The notes: generated from the letters alone by a model not told the origin. DNA of 64,000 nucleotides from an uncultured Chloroflexia bacterium (GCA_963819655.1 CAWFXA010000003.1:768001-832000), one strand, 5' to 3'. Counted from the first letter of the stretch, positions 33,464 to 44,130 are shown. Program-made: numbers and translations.

Positions 33464-33524
33464 TTCGACAGCCTATCCGCCCGCGTCCGCTGCACGCTGG
33501 ACGACGGCGTCCTAGACTCCGCTG

Positions 33525-34100
33525 ATGTTCAGTCGCATCTTCGGACCAGGTCGCGAGCACGAGCAGGCAGCCGAGCTCGGGACCGCGGCATTCGATGCCG
33601 CCGCAGCGGCCGGCGACACCGCCACCGTCCGGCGCATCGTGGCGCGCCTCGAGCAGCTTCCCGCCGAGCAGGCCCGCCTCGTGGCTTCGGCTGCCTACAC
33701 CCTGGCGCGAGCTGCCCACGCCGACCTCGAGATCAGCGATGAGGAAACGGCCGTCATCGAGCACGAGCTGCAGGCCCACGAGGCGCTCGACGAGGCGACC
33801 GCTGTGCTCGTCACCGAGATGGCTAAGCTGCAGGCGAAGACAGTCGGTGGGACCGAGGACTACGTCGTGACACGCGAGTTCACGGCCCTGGCCACGGAGC
33901 AGCAGCGGATCGACGTGCTCCGCGCCTGTTTCGCCGTCGGTGCCGCGAGCGGGACGATCTCCGCCGAGGAATCCGCGGAGCTCAATCAGATCGGGAAGGA
34001 GCTCGGGCTCGATCCCGACATCGTGAGCGCCGTCCGGGCCGACTTCCACGAGCGCCTGTCATCCGTCCAGACCGTCCGGCGGATCGCCCAGGGTCGATGA
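33525..34100 (+). CDS. TerB-family (tellurite resistance/DjlA-N-like) protein
   Basis: AHADLEISDEE and ASGTISAEE..LNQIGKELGL repeats. Confidence 0.8.
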   Translation: MFSRIFGPGREHEQAAELGTAAFDAAAAAGDTATVRRIVARLEQLPAEQARLVASAAYTLARAAHADLEISDEETAVIEHELQAHEALDEATAVLVTEMAKLQAKTVGGTEDYVVTREFTALATEQQRIDVLRACFAVGAASGTISAEESAELNQIGKELGLDPDIVSAVRADFHERLSSVQTVRRIAQGR

Positions 34101-34519
34101 CGGTCCGCTCCGGGGGCACGGCCCTTCGCGGTGCCGCGCTCCTCGGGTCGGTGGCGTTCATGCTCGCCGCCTGTGGCGGCGGGAATGGCTCCCCCGATGC
34201 TGGCGCACGCGTGGTCGTCACGTTCGAGGTCATCGACGAGCGCTTCAAGGTGCTCCTGACCGACCCGGCCGACATCCTGAACGCCCGGCGGCTCCTTGCC
34301 GTCGAGGACGTCCCGAGCATCCCGAACGGGCGGGTCCTTCGTGAGACCGGTGTCAACGACGGCTACAGCTGGTCGATCGACCCAAACGACATCGAGTTCG
34401 CGGCCGAGACCATCGAGGTGTGCGACGGCCTCCCGTCCGACGTCGAGTCGGGCGCCATCACCGGCGATCGCTATTGCCCGTGGTCGGCGGTCGTCGTCGC
34501 CGTCGAGCCCGCGGGCTGA
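34097..34519 (+). CDS. Small lipoprotein (BP74-like)
   Basis: Lipobox LAAC; NDGYSWSIDP...TIEVCDG.PS.VE...YCPW. Confidence 0.7.
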   Translation: MTVRSGGTALRGAALLGSVAFMLAACGGGNGSPDAGARVVVTFEVIDERFKVLLTDPADILNARRLLAVEDVPSIPNGRVLRETGVNDGYSWSIDPNDIEFAAETIEVCDGLPSDVESGAITGDRYCPWSAVVVAVEPAG

Positions 34520-34531
34520 GTCGGGCCTGCG

Positions 34532-37500
34532 TCAGGCGCTCGCGAGTCGCAGCTCGACGAGCCCGTCACCCAGCTGCCGGCGGACCTCGGCCAGCAGCTC
34601 CGTGTCGTAGGCCACGCCCAAGCGCAACTCCATCGGCCGGGCCTGCCCGCCGCCGGGCATCGGGACGTGGAGCACGACCTTCGTCCCACCCGGTCGATCG
34701 CGCAGGAGCACTTTCACCGTCTCCATGGCCCGAACCAGGCGATCGGGGCCCGCAGTGCCTTCGAACCGGACGTGCAGGACGGCCTGCGGCCCCGCCGCGA
34801 CCGGCGCATCGGCCGTTGCGTCGCTGACGATGCGCGCCCTGGCCTCGTCCGGGACGGATGGCTCGTCATGGCTGTCGTCGTCGACCACGCCGGCGATCGC
34901 TCCGGGGGCCTCGAGGTAGGTCGGGACGGGCTCTCCGGGCTGGATCCGCGGCATCGCCTCAGGCAGCGTGCCCGACCCGTTGCCCAGCGCGTCACCGCGC
35001 CGGGGTGAGACGAACGCCGCCGCGGGCGCGGCGCCCGCCGACGGCCCCACCTCCGCGGGCGAGGGCGATCGCCCCGCGCCAGGACCGACCGCGACCGGCG
35101 TGCGGCGGAACGAGCCGTTGCGGCCGCCCCGGTCACCAGCGGCCACGTCCCGGGCGAACTCCTCGGGACCGCGCGTGGCGGCATCGTCCCAATCGGCGAC
35201 GAGATCGGCGAGCAGCGAGACCTCCTCGCCCTTGTGGTCGATCCGTCCGGCGATCAGCAGGATCGCCCCGTCGCGCAGCAGAGGCCGCGTCGTCTCGTAC
35301 AGCCTGGGGAACACGACGACTTCGATCGAGCCCTGCATATCCTCGAGGGTGACGATCGCCATCGACTCCTGGCGCTTCGTGATGACCGTGCGCAGCCCGG
35401 TCACGATCCCACCGACGACCACGCGCTGCCCGTCGAGTGTCTCGTCCTTGAGATCGCCGGAGTAGGCGTTCACGAAGCGGCCGACCTGCTCCGCGACCTC
35501 CCCCATCGGGTGCTCCGAGAGGTAGAGCCCGAGCAGCTCCTTCTCCTTTCGGAGACGCTCGCGACGCGGAGCCTCCGGCCGTGCGGGCAGGGCTTCGTCC
35601 GGAGCCTCCGCGAAGAGAAGATCAAAAGCCGAGATCTGCCCGGTGGCCTGTTGCTGCTGGACGGCCTGCGCGGACGGCACGATCGTCCCGAGCGCCTCGA
35701 TGATCTGCACCGGGTGACCGAACTGCGACAGGGCCCCGACCCAGGCGAGCGCCTCGATGACCCGCGAGTTGACCAGCCGCAGGTCGACCCGCTCGCAGAA
35801 GTCGCGGAGCGACCGGAAACGACCCCCGGCTTCGCGCGCCGCGATGATCCGTTCGATCGCGCTCTGGCCGACGTTCTTCACCGCCAGCAACCCGAACCGG
35901 ATCGCGTCGCCCTCGACGGTGAATTCCAGATGGCTCGCGTGGACGTCCGGCGGGCGGACCTCGATGCCCATGCGCCGGCACTCCGCGACCGCCGCGGCGA
36001 CCTTCTCCTCGTTCGCGCGGAAGGCGGTCAGCACAGCCGCCATGTAATCGACCGTGTGGTTCGCCTTCAGGTAGGCGGTCTGATAGGCGATCAGCCCGTA
36101 ACACGTGGCGTGTGCCTTGTTGAACCCGTACCGCTCGAACGGCTCGAACGCGGTGAACACCGCGTCGATGACCCCGGGCTCGACGCCACGCTCCGCCGCC
36201 TGGCTGACGAACTTCTCCTTCTGGGCACGCAGCACGCTCGACTTCTTCTTGCGGATGGCGTAGCCGAGGGTGTCCGCCTCGGGACCAGTGAATCCACCGA
36301 GGGCGATGGCCGCGGCCATGATGTCCTCCTGGTAGACGAAGATCCCGTACGTTTTCTCGAGGTAGGGCTCGAGCAGCGGGTGGAGGTACGTCACCGGCTC
36401 CTGGCCGTGCTTGCGCCGGATATAGGCGGGGATGTTGTCCATCGGCCCGGGCCGGTAGAGAGCAACCATGGCCGCTAGGTCGTAGACCGATGTCGGGCGA
36501 AGCTCCCGGATGTAGCGGCGCATGCCGGCCGACTCCAGCTGGAAGATGCCGGTCGTCTCACCCGAGGCCAGCAGCTCGAACGTGGCGGCGTCGTCGAGCG
36601 GGATCGCGTCGAGGTCGATCGTGATGCCGCGGTTGTCGCGCACCAGGTCGACCGCCTGGCGCAGGATCGTCAGGTTCGACAGGCCGAGGAAATCGAACTT
36701 GAGCAGCCCGAGGGCCTCGATGGCATGCATCTCGTACTGCGTCATGAGCGAGTCCGAGTTCGTCGCCTTCTGGAGCGGCATGAGCTCGGTCAGCGGCTCG
36801 CGCGAGATGACGACCCCGGCGGCGTGGGTCGAGGCGTTGCGGGCGACCCCTTCCAGATGGCGCGCGAAGTCGATGACCCGCTTGATGGCCGGATCGCCGT
36901 CGACCTGCTCGCGCAGGGCCGGGCTGATCTCGAGCGCCTCATCGAGCCTGATGCCGAGCTGGTTCGGGACGGCCTTCGCGACGCGGTCGACCTCGCCGTA
37001 GCTGTGGCCCAGCACGCGCCCGACGTCGCGGATCGCCGCGCGCGCGAGCATCGTGCCGAACGTGATGATCTGGGCCACGTGGTCCTGGCCGTATTTGCGC
37101 CCGACGTAGGCGATGACCTCGTCTCGCCGTCCGTCCTCGAAGTCGACGTCGATGTCGGGCATCGTCACCCGGTCCGGGTTCAGGAACCGCTCGAACGGGA
37201 GCTGGTACAGGATCGGGTCCACCGGCGTGATGCCGAGCGTGTAGGTGACGATGCTGCCCGGCGCCGAGCCCCGGCACGTCGTCTGGATGCCCTGCTCCCG
37301 CGCGAACGCGATGAAGTCGGCCACGATCAGGAAGTAGCCGGCGTAGCCCATCGAGGTGATGACGCCGAGCTCGTAGTCGAGGCGCTGCTGGAGCTCCGGC
37401 GTGACGGTCCCATAGCGCCGTTCGAGACCGGTCTGGCACTCCTTCCGCAGCCACGACTCGACGGTCTCCCCGTCCGGGACCGGGAAATGCGGGATCCGCA

Positions 37501-38353
37501 ACTGGCCGAGCGGCAGCGTGAGGTCGGTCATCTCCGCGATGCGTCGGCTGTTCAGGATCGCATCGTGCTGGTCCGGGAAGAGCGCGCCCATCTGCGCGGC
37601 GGACTTCACGTAGAACTCGTGCGTCTCGAACTTGAGCCGACCCGGCGTGTCGAGGTTGTTGCCCGTGCCGACGCAGAGCAGCACGTCGTGTGCATCGGAC
37701 TGGTCGGCGCGAACGTAGTGCAGGTCGTTCGTCACCACGAGCGGCAGCCCGACCTCGGGTGCGAGGCGCAGCAGCTGGCCGTTGAGCCTGGCCTGCTCGG
37801 GCAGCCCGTGGTCCTGGAGCTCGAGGAAGAACCCGTCGGGCCCGAAGATGTCGCGGTACTCGCCCGCGACATTGCGAGCGAGCTCCAGATCGTCGACCTC
37901 CAGCGCCTTGGCGACCTCGCCACCGAGGCAGGCGGACAGGCCGATCAGGCCCTCGCTGTACCGGGCGAGATGCTCACGGTCGATGCGCGGCCGGTAATAG
38001 TAGCCGTCCACATGGGCGTCGGTGACGAGACGACACAAGTTCTGGTAGCCGGCGTAGTCGCGCGCCAGCAGGATCAGGTGAAAGGGCTGGCTGTCGGCCT
38101 TGCCCTCCTTGGAGGTCATCGACCGCGGTGCGACGTAGGTCTCGACGCCGATGATCGGCTTGATGCCCTTGGTCCGCGCCGCCTGGTAGAAGGCGACTGC
38201 GCCGTAGAGAGCGCCGTGGTCGGTCAGCGCCATCGCGTCCATGCCCTGGGCGGCCGCCGCATCGACCAGCTCCGTGATCCGGCCGAGGCCGTCCAGGAGG
38301 CTGAATTCGGAATGGACGTGGAGGTGGGTGAAGTCGTTCGGCGCGAGGGTCAC
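34532..38353 (-). CDS. dnaE: DNA polymerase III alpha subunit
   Basis: PHP domain (HLHVHSEFSLLDG, TDHG), RGSAPGS, MPDIDVDF, HAAGVV, KFDFLGL, YGFNKAH and OB fold. Confidence 0.98.
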   Translation of the reverse strand: MTLAPNDFTHLHVHSEFSLLDGLGRITELVDAAAAQGMDAMALTDHGALYGAVAFYQAARTKGIKPIIGVETYVAPRSMTSKEGKADSQPFHLILLARDYAGYQNLCRLVTDAHVDGYYYRPRIDREHLARYSEGLIGLSACLGGEVAKALEVDDLELARNVAGEYRDIFGPDGFFLELQDHGLPEQARLNGQLLRLAPEVGLPLVVTNDLHYVRADQSDAHDVLLCVGTGNNLDTPGRLKFETHEFYVKSAAQMGALFPDQHDAILNSRRIAEMTDLTLPLGQLRIPHFPVPDGETVESWLRKECQTGLERRYGTVTPELQQRLDYELGVITSMGYAGYFLIVADFIAFAREQGIQTTCRGSAPGSIVTYTLGITPVDPILYQLPFERFLNPDRVTMPDIDVDFEDGRRDEVIAYVGRKYGQDHVAQIITFGTMLARAAIRDVGRVLGHSYGEVDRVAKAVPNQLGIRLDEALEISPALREQVDGDPAIKRVIDFARHLEGVARNASTHAAGVVISREPLTELMPLQKATNSDSLMTQYEMHAIEALGLLKFDFLGLSNLTILRQAVDLVRDNRGITIDLDAIPLDDAATFELLASGETTGIFQLESAGMRRYIRELRPTSVYDLAAMVALYRPGPMDNIPAYIRRKHGQEPVTYLHPLLEPYLEKTYGIFVYQEDIMAAAIALGGFTGPEADTLGYAIRKKKSSVLRAQKEKFVSQAAERGVEPGVIDAVFTAFEPFERYGFNKAHATCYGLIAYQTAYLKANHTVDYMAAVLTAFRANEEKVAAAVAECRRMGIEVRPPDVHASHLEFTVEGDAIRFGLLAVKNVGQSAIERIIAAREAGGRFRSLRDFCERVDLRLVNSRVIEALAWVGALSQFGHPVQIIEALGTIVPSAQAVQQQQATGQISAFDLLFAEAPDEALPARPEAPRRERLRKEKELLGLYLSEHPMGEVAEQVGRFVNAYSGDLKDETLDGQRVVVGGIVTGLRTVITKRQESMAIVTLEDMQGSIEVVVFPRLYETTRPLLRDGAILLIAGRIDHKGEEVSLLADLVADWDDAATRGPEEFARDVAAGDRGGRNGSFRRTPVAVGPGAGRSPSPAEVGPSAGAAPAAAFVSPRRGDALGNGSGTLPEAMPRIQPGEPVPTYLEAPGAIAGVVDDDSHDEPSVPDEARARIVSDATADAPVAAGPQAVLHVRFEGTAGPDRLVRAMETVKVLLRDRPGGTKVVLHVPMPGGGQARPMELRLGVAYDTELLAEVRRQLGDGLVELRLASA

Positions 38354-38400
38354 GGAGTGCCAAGTCTACCGGGCGTCGGGCCGTCCGGCGGAACCATCGA

Positions 38401-41400
38401 TCAGATGGGACAGACGAACCGAACCCCGAAGGCCGGCCGCCTCAGGCCCGACCAGCTTGCCGCCATCGCGACCGGGTACGACGAACCCGGAGCCGCCGCA
38501 GCGAGGACCGCATCGGTGGCGCTGGCGACCGGCGTGGGCATGCTGCCGCTGCCGATCAGCACGTCGTCGACGGTGAGGTTGACGGCCGTCGCGTTCGTGG
38601 CGCCGAGCCGGAAACGGTCGGCCGAGGTCGTCCACGACCCGGTCGTCATGCGCGCGAACGGGGTCCCGAACGTCGCCCCGTCGGCGACGACCCACGCCTC
38701 GAGCACGGCGTTGCCACCGGTCCCGCGGGTCTGGTGGAGGCCGATGCGGTAGGTCGATCCGACCTGCAGCGTGCTGGACTCGGCGCCGATCGCGGTCGAG
38801 CCGTTCCGGAGGCGCAGTCGACCCGTCGAGCTGAGCGTCAGGTTCCCGCTCGTCACGCCGGCGTTCGAGAGCAAGAAGACGCGCGGCGACCCCGACGGCA
38901 GGGCAACGACGCGGAGTCGGAGCGTCAGGAACGTGTCGGCCGTCGCCGGGAACGCCTCCTGGAGATAGCCGGTCGTGTTGGCGAAGCGGGCCGAGGCGGT
39001 GCCATGGATCGGCAACGAGGTCTCGAGCGTGACGGTGCCGGTCCCACTGTCGACGCCGGTCGTCGGGTCGAGCAGACCGCCCTCGAACGTGATGTCCCGG
39101 AGGTTCGTGGCGCCCGGCGGCGGCGGGGTCGGGGTGGGCGTCGGCGTCGGGGTCGGGGTGGGCGTCGGCGTCGGGGTCGGTGTCGGCGTGGGGGTCGGTG
39201 TCGGGGTCGGCGTCGGGGTCGGCGTCGGACCGGGTCCACCACCGACATCCACGATGAGCTGCGGCGAAGAGGTCGACTCCCCGCTGGCGTAGTACACGCT
39301 GTTGGTATTGCCGGCCACGACGACGAGCGCGAGCGATCCGTCGGCGGCGACCGTGCCCGGCGGCAGCGTCACGTCGACCGCTTGCCCGGCGGTGACGGCG
39401 CCGATCGTCGCAAGGGCCGGACCCACCGGTGCCGGTGCGTTGTTCCAGGTGATCCCGGTCTCGGTCCAGGCGGTGCTCGTCGCGTACACCGCGCCGCCGT
39501 GCGGCCCTGCATCCGTAACGTTGAGCCGCAGCTTCACGCCCGTCACAGAACGGCCTGCCAGGCCCGTGACGTCGAACCGGACATAGCTCGAATACGTGAT
39601 CGTGTTGGACGCGTTCCCGAGCCGGAGTCGGAGGGACGGGTCGTGTCCGTAGTTCTTTGTGGGATTGGCGTTGGCGACATACGCGTCGGCGACCGATGAG
39701 AACGGAAGCGACGCACCGGAGTTGTCCGGCGCGAGGTTGAAGTTGAGCGTCGCGTAGCTGCCGCCGTTGATCAGCGCTGTCCCGCTGCCAGTGAGGTGTC
39801 CGGCCGCAGTCGCGGTCACGCTGTAGCTCCCCGGCGGAAGGTCGATGCGATAGCGACCCTGGGCGTCGGTCGTCGTCGTCTGGCCGGTGTCGACCGAAAC
39901 GGTCGCACCGGCGAGCGCCTCCGTCGTCACCGCGTCGAATACCTCGCCGGCCACCCACGTCGTCGTTGGCACAAGCTGGACATCGAGACTCGTGGTGCCA
40001 CCGTCCACGACCGTGACACTCCGTGTCGTCGTGACGTAGCCGGATGCCGCGAAGGTCAGGTCGTTCGCGCCGGCTGGAAGCCCCGCGACACGGTAATCGC
40101 CGGACGCATCGGTGACTGTGACACCGCCCGGGTAACCGACCGTCACCCCGGCGAGCGCGCTGCCCGTGGTCGTCGACGTCACCCGGCCGGCAACGTCGCC
40201 CGGGCGTGCCATCGCGACGTTGAGCGTCGAGGTCCCGCCGCCGGTGACCGTGACCTGGCGGACCTCGCTGGCATAGCCGGCGGCCTGGAACGTCACCTGG
40301 GCATCGCCGGCCGGGACGCCGGTGAGCGTGTACTGACCGGAGCCGTTCGTCGTCGTCGATCGCGCTGCCGTCGATGCCGAGACGCCGGCGAGCGGGGCAC
40401 CGGTCGCGGCGGCAGTGACGGTGCCCGAGATCGAGCCGGGCTGAAGGCTGGCGGACGTGCCCACCCGGATCCACGACGCCACCGATGGCACGCCAGCGCT
40501 GTTCTTGAGCACGAGCATGTAGTCGCCCGGTGGCGCCAGGCCGCCCGACGCCGGTGCGGTCGCGGTCAATGTGTTGCCCGAACGCGTGAACGCCAGCGGG
40601 ACGTAGCGCTGGTTCATGTCGAGGGCGTGAGTGGCGGCCGTCGGACGCATCAACGTCACGGACGTGATCCCGGCCGCGTCCGGGGTCGTGATCGCGAAGG
40701 TCGTGCCATAGGCGGCTATGCCGGGCGCCGACGCGATCGCGGGCCGCGCGCCCTTGAACAGGTACGGCGGCGAATACACCTGGGCGCGCAGTCGGCCGCT
40801 CGCCTCTCCGCCGCCGACGACGACCCGCCCGTCGGGCAGGAGCACAGCGGAGGAGTGGTACATCCTCGCCTCCCCCATGGAGGCGACCGTGGTCCAGGCC
40901 TCTGTCGTGGGGTCCCAGATCTCGCCCTGGAGGATCGCCGCAGACTCGCTGTCGGCCTGACCCGTCCCGCCGATCGCCATCACGGTGCCATCGGCGAGGA
41001 TCGTGAGGTTCAGCCGCCGTCGGGCGAAGGCCATCGACGCGATCTGGCGCCAGGCCGGGTTAGCCGCCGTCATGTCGACGACCGCGGCGGTCGCCCGGGC
41101 CGGGTCGCCGCCACCGGCCCGCAGGATCCTGCCCGGCAGGTACATCACCGCCGATTCCGAATAGCTGCTCGTCGACCACGGAGCGGTCGGTCCGCTCGCC
41201 CAGCTGCCGAGACCCGCCGTGTTCATCGTGGCGGTCGCCGACCCCGATCCAGCCTCGTACACCCGACCGTTCGGCAGCACGAACATGAACGGATACAGCA
41301 ACTGATCGCGCGTCGCTCCGGTCATCCGGGTCCACGTGTTCGCGACCGGGTCGTACACCTCGGGCACGTTCGATCGCGTGCCGTCCGGAGCATCGCCCGA

Positions 41401-41967
41401 GGCGGCCAGGACACGACCGTCGGCCAGCGTCGTGCTTGTCGCGTACCAGCGGCGATCGGTCATGTCCGCGCCTTCGGTCCAGGTCTGGGTCACCGGATCG
41501 AAGAGTGCCGTGACGTTGATCCCGTTGTGGATCGCGCCATCCTGACCGCCGACGACGATCACCCGACCGTCGGCCAGCGTCGACTGGCCGGCACAATGCA
41601 GATCGCCGAACGTGGCAGGCGCCAGGGTGAACGTCCCGGTCGACGGATCCCACACCCGCGCGTTGTCGCCGGTCGACCAGACGAGCACCTTGCCGGTCGA
41701 CAGGGTCACCATGTGCTTGGCCTGGACACCCCAGTCGAGAACGGGTCCCCACGCACCCGAATCGGATTCGGCCGCAACGGCCGCCGGGGCCGAGGAAGGC
41801 CCGGGTTGCGGAGCCGTCAACGGCGCCGGCGAGGCGTCGGTCGCCGTCGCGGCCGGCGTGGCGGCGCGGACAGGCGTGGTCGCGGAGGGCGTCCAGGCGA
41901 CACCCAACACGACGAGACAGACGGCGACTGCAACCGCGGCGCGCGCGCCGACGCGGCGTCCAGGCAA
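38401..41967 (-). CDS. Secreted galactose/glyoxal-oxidase-like (AA5-type) kelch protein with carboxypeptidase-regulatory-like repeats, DNRLRE/CBM96-like domain, PT linker and C-terminal beta-sandwich
   Basis: Signal peptide; LHCAG, RWYAT, RMYHS, YSPPYL and ATHA motifs; three G.V....G.PLAG repeats; VADAYV..ANPTKNYG; (PT)n. Confidence 0.85.
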   Translation of the reverse strand: MPGRRVGARAAVAVAVCLVVLGVAWTPSATTPVRAATPAATATDASPAPLTAPQPGPSSAPAAVAAESDSGAWGPVLDWGVQAKHMVTLSTGKVLVWSTGDNARVWDPSTGTFTLAPATFGDLHCAGQSTLADGRVIVVGGQDGAIHNGINVTALFDPVTQTWTEGADMTDRRWYATSTTLADGRVLAASGDAPDGTRSNVPEVYDPVANTWTRMTGATRDQLLYPFMFVLPNGRVYEAGSGSATATMNTAGLGSWASGPTAPWSTSSYSESAVMYLPGRILRAGGGDPARATAAVVDMTAANPAWRQIASMAFARRRLNLTILADGTVMAIGGTGQADSESAAILQGEIWDPTTEAWTTVASMGEARMYHSSAVLLPDGRVVVGGGEASGRLRAQVYSPPYLFKGARPAIASAPGIAAYGTTFAITTPDAAGITSVTLMRPTAATHALDMNQRYVPLAFTRSGNTLTATAPASGGLAPPGDYMLVLKNSAGVPSVASWIRVGTSASLQPGSISGTVTAAATGAPLAGVSASTAARSTTTNGSGQYTLTGVPAGDAQVTFQAAGYASEVRQVTVTGGGTSTLNVAMARPGDVAGRVTSTTTGSALAGVTVGYPGGVTVTDASGDYRVAGLPAGANDLTFAASGYVTTTRSVTVVDGGTTSLDVQLVPTTTWVAGEVFDAVTTEALAGATVSVDTGQTTTTDAQGRYRIDLPPGSYSVTATAAGHLTGSGTALINGGSYATLNFNLAPDNSGASLPFSSVADAYVANANPTKNYGHDPSLRLRLGNASNTITYSSYVRFDVTGLAGRSVTGVKLRLNVTDAGPHGGAVYATSTAWTETGITWNNAPAPVGPALATIGAVTAGQAVDVTLPPGTVAADGSLALVVVAGNTNSVYYASGESTSSPQLIVDVGGGPGPTPTPTPTPTPTPTPTPTPTPTPTPTPTPTPTPTPPPPGATNLRDITFEGGLLDPTTGVDSGTGTVTLETSLPIHGTASARFANTTGYLQEAFPATADTFLTLRLRVVALPSGSPRVFLLSNAGVTSGNLTLSSTGRLRLRNGSTAIGAESSTLQVGSTYRIGLHQTRGTGGNAVLEAWVVADGATFGTPFARMTTGSWTTSADRFRLGATNATAVNLTVDDVLIGSGSMPTPVASATDAVLAAAAPGSSYPVAMAASWSGLRRPAFGVRFVCPI
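39122..39232. repeat. Pro-Thr coding tandem repeat
   Basis: Degenerate 6-bp repeat (GGGGTC/GGCGTC) encoding (PT)n. Confidence 0.9.
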
Positions 41968-42183
41968 TGTGACGGATCCCCCCAGTGCACCGGAGTCCCC
42001 TTCTTGGGGCCCCGATGCATCAGAGCCTATCCGGCCGCATCATCGCTGCGTTATCGAAACGGTCATTGATGGTGCTGGGGGACACCGAAATCATCAGATG
42101 ACCAGGCCAGCCGCACGGGCCACCCGCATATCGACCGGGGGCGTCAGACTCTGCATCGACGTCTCGACAAGGAGGGATCACAC

Positions 42184-43152
42184 GTGGAAGCCATCAGTGG
42201 CCTGTTGTTCCTGGCAGCTCTGGCCCTGATCATCGGCGGCGTGGTCGCCGCCGTCGCCAACCGGGTCCGGCCGGCACTGAGCCGCGACAAGGTCGTGCAG
42301 CCGGTCCTGCCGGCCGGGTCGTTGGCGCTCCTGGGGGTCGTCGCCCTGGTGGCGTCGCTTGCCCTGTCGGCCTTCATCCAGGTCCCGGCCGGGTTCGTCG
42401 GTGTCGTCCGCCAGTTCGGCGCGGTGACCGGCACCACCCTTGACCCGGGGCTCCATTTCGTGACGCCCTTCGTCAACTCTGTCGACCAGATCGACACGCG
42501 AGTGAAGGCGATCCACGTCGAGGGCTACACGGCTGCAAGCAAGGAACAGCAGGACCTCTTCCTCAACGCCACGCTCAACTACCACGTCGACCCACGATCG
42601 GCACCGAGGATCGTCCAGGAGCTGGGGCTGAACTTCGAGGAGACCATCATCCGGCCGCGCTTCCTCGACATCCCGAAGTCGGTGACGGACGACTACCCGA
42701 CGGCCATCGTCCTCAACAGCCGCGACGAGATCCGGACGAAGGCGACCGACCTCCTGCGCGCGCAGCTCGAGCCACGCGGGATCATCGTCGACGGCATCAA
42801 CTTCGAGAACTTCAGCTACTCCGAGGCCTACAACGCCGCCATCGAGGAGAAGCAGGCGGCGCAGCAGCAGGTCGAGACCGAGCGGCAGCGGCTCGCCCAG
42901 CAGGAGATCATCGCCCAACAGAAAGTGGCGGCGGCGAGGGGCGATGCCGAGTCGCAGATCGAGCGCGCACGCGGCGAGGCGGAGTCGAACCGGCTCGTCG
43001 GCGCGTCATTGACCGCGGCGATCCTGCAGAACCGCTACATCGAGAAGCTGTCGGACCAGATCCAGGTGATGCTGGTGCCGTCGGACGGCGGTGGCCTGAT
43101 CCTCGATCTCTCGAAGCTCACGCCGACGGCGAGCGCATCTCCGACGCCGTGA
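42184..43152 (+). CDS. Prohibitin/SPFH (band 7) membrane protein
   Basis: VPAGFVGVV..FG, LDPGLHF, AASKEQQ, Y..AIEEKQ.A.Q; AAGGAGG RBS. Confidence 0.9.
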   Translation: MEAISGLLFLAALALIIGGVVAAVANRVRPALSRDKVVQPVLPAGSLALLGVVALVASLALSAFIQVPAGFVGVVRQFGAVTGTTLDPGLHFVTPFVNSVDQIDTRVKAIHVEGYTAASKEQQDLFLNATLNYHVDPRSAPRIVQELGLNFEETIIRPRFLDIPKSVTDDYPTAIVLNSRDEIRTKATDLLRAQLEPRGIIVDGINFENFSYSEAYNAAIEEKQAAQQQVETERQRLAQQEIIAQQKVAAARGDAESQIERARGEAESNRLVGASLTAAILQNRYIEKLSDQIQVMLVPSDGGGLILDLSKLTPTASASPTP

Positions 43153-43514
43153 CCGAGGAGGTCGACTTCGAAGGGCTCGTCATCGACGCGCTCGATCGCC
43201 TGCCCGCGCCGTATCGCGAGCGTCTCGGGTCGGTCGCCATCGTGATCGACGATGAGCCGAGCCCAGCCCAGCTGACCTCGGTCGGTGCGGGCGGGCTGTT
43301 CGGGCTGTACCAGGGCGTGCCACGGACGATCTATGGGGCGGAGGGCGCCCAGCTGCCGAGCAAGATCACGATCTTCCGGCAGCCGCTCCTCCGCGCGTAC
43401 CGGTCGCCGGCCGCGCTCGCGGCCGCCGTCTCGCGGACCGTCTATCACGAGATCGCGCACCACTTCGGGATCAGCGACGCTCGCCTCGAGGAGCTGGCCG
43501 ACCGGACGGGCTGA
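43149..43514 (+). CDS. Zincin-like metallopeptidase
   Basis: LFGLYQGVP, PSKITIFR and TVYHEIAHHFGISD motifs. Confidence 0.9.
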   Translation: MTEEVDFEGLVIDALDRLPAPYRERLGSVAIVIDDEPSPAQLTSVGAGGLFGLYQGVPRTIYGAEGAQLPSKITIFRQPLLRAYRSPAALAAAVSRTVYHEIAHHFGISDARLEELADRTG

Positions 43515-43528
43515 GCGGCCACCCGTCG

Positions 43529-44123
43529 TCAACCCAGCCGGAGCAGGCCCTCGACGACCGGCGCGATCCGCTCGACCCACAGCGCGTACTGGGCGCCGCT
43601 CGGGTGGAGGCCATCGTCCGCGACGAGCGAGCGATCCTCCGCAGCCCGCAAGGACTGGTCGAAGATGTCGACGAAGGCGATCCCACGCTCTCGGCTGAGG
43701 CGGGCCATGACCGCGTTGTCGGCGACGATGGCGTCGTGCTGGTCGTCCGGATCGCCGTAGTCGGCGCCGGCGGGCGTGGCCGTGTAGTCCGGGATGGCGA
43801 TCGCGACGATGCGGGCGGGCGGCAGCCGCGCCTCCAGCGCGTCGAGGATGTGGAGCACGTTCGACTCGTAGGTCGCGGCCGGGATGCCCTGGACGACGTC
43901 GTTGACGCCGATCAGCAGCGTCACGAACTCGGGTGCCAGGGCGTTCAGCGCGGGCAGCTGCGTCCCGGATGAGGTCGATCGTCGTGGAACCGTTGACGCC
44001 GAGGTTGGCGACAAGCTCCAAGCCGAGGTCCGGGCGGGCCCGAACGAGCTGCTCCGGGAACGCGTCAGCGCGCGGGACGGCCGTGCCGATCGTGTACGAG
44101 TCGCCGAGCGCGACGTAGCGCAT
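43529..44123 (-). CDS. SGNH/GDSL hydrolase (apparent frameshift near 43960)
   Basis: MRYVALGDSYT and NLGVNG lie in one frame; LIGVND and DDGLHP lie in another. Confidence 0.8.
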
Positions 44124-44130
44124 CCGCTGC

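Noticed and set aside
31693-34519. tRNA-integrated genomic island
   Set aside because: No integrase, no duplicated tRNA 3' end noticed, and no obvious compositional shift.
34532-38353. Intein or split dnaE
   Set aside because: The ORF is continuous with no intein motifs; the extra length is a low-complexity linker.
42061-42103. Riboswitch in the spacer between the oxidase and SPFH genes
   Set aside because: Only an imperfect hairpin (GGTCAT/ATGACC, GGTG/CACC) with no recognisable aptamer consensus.
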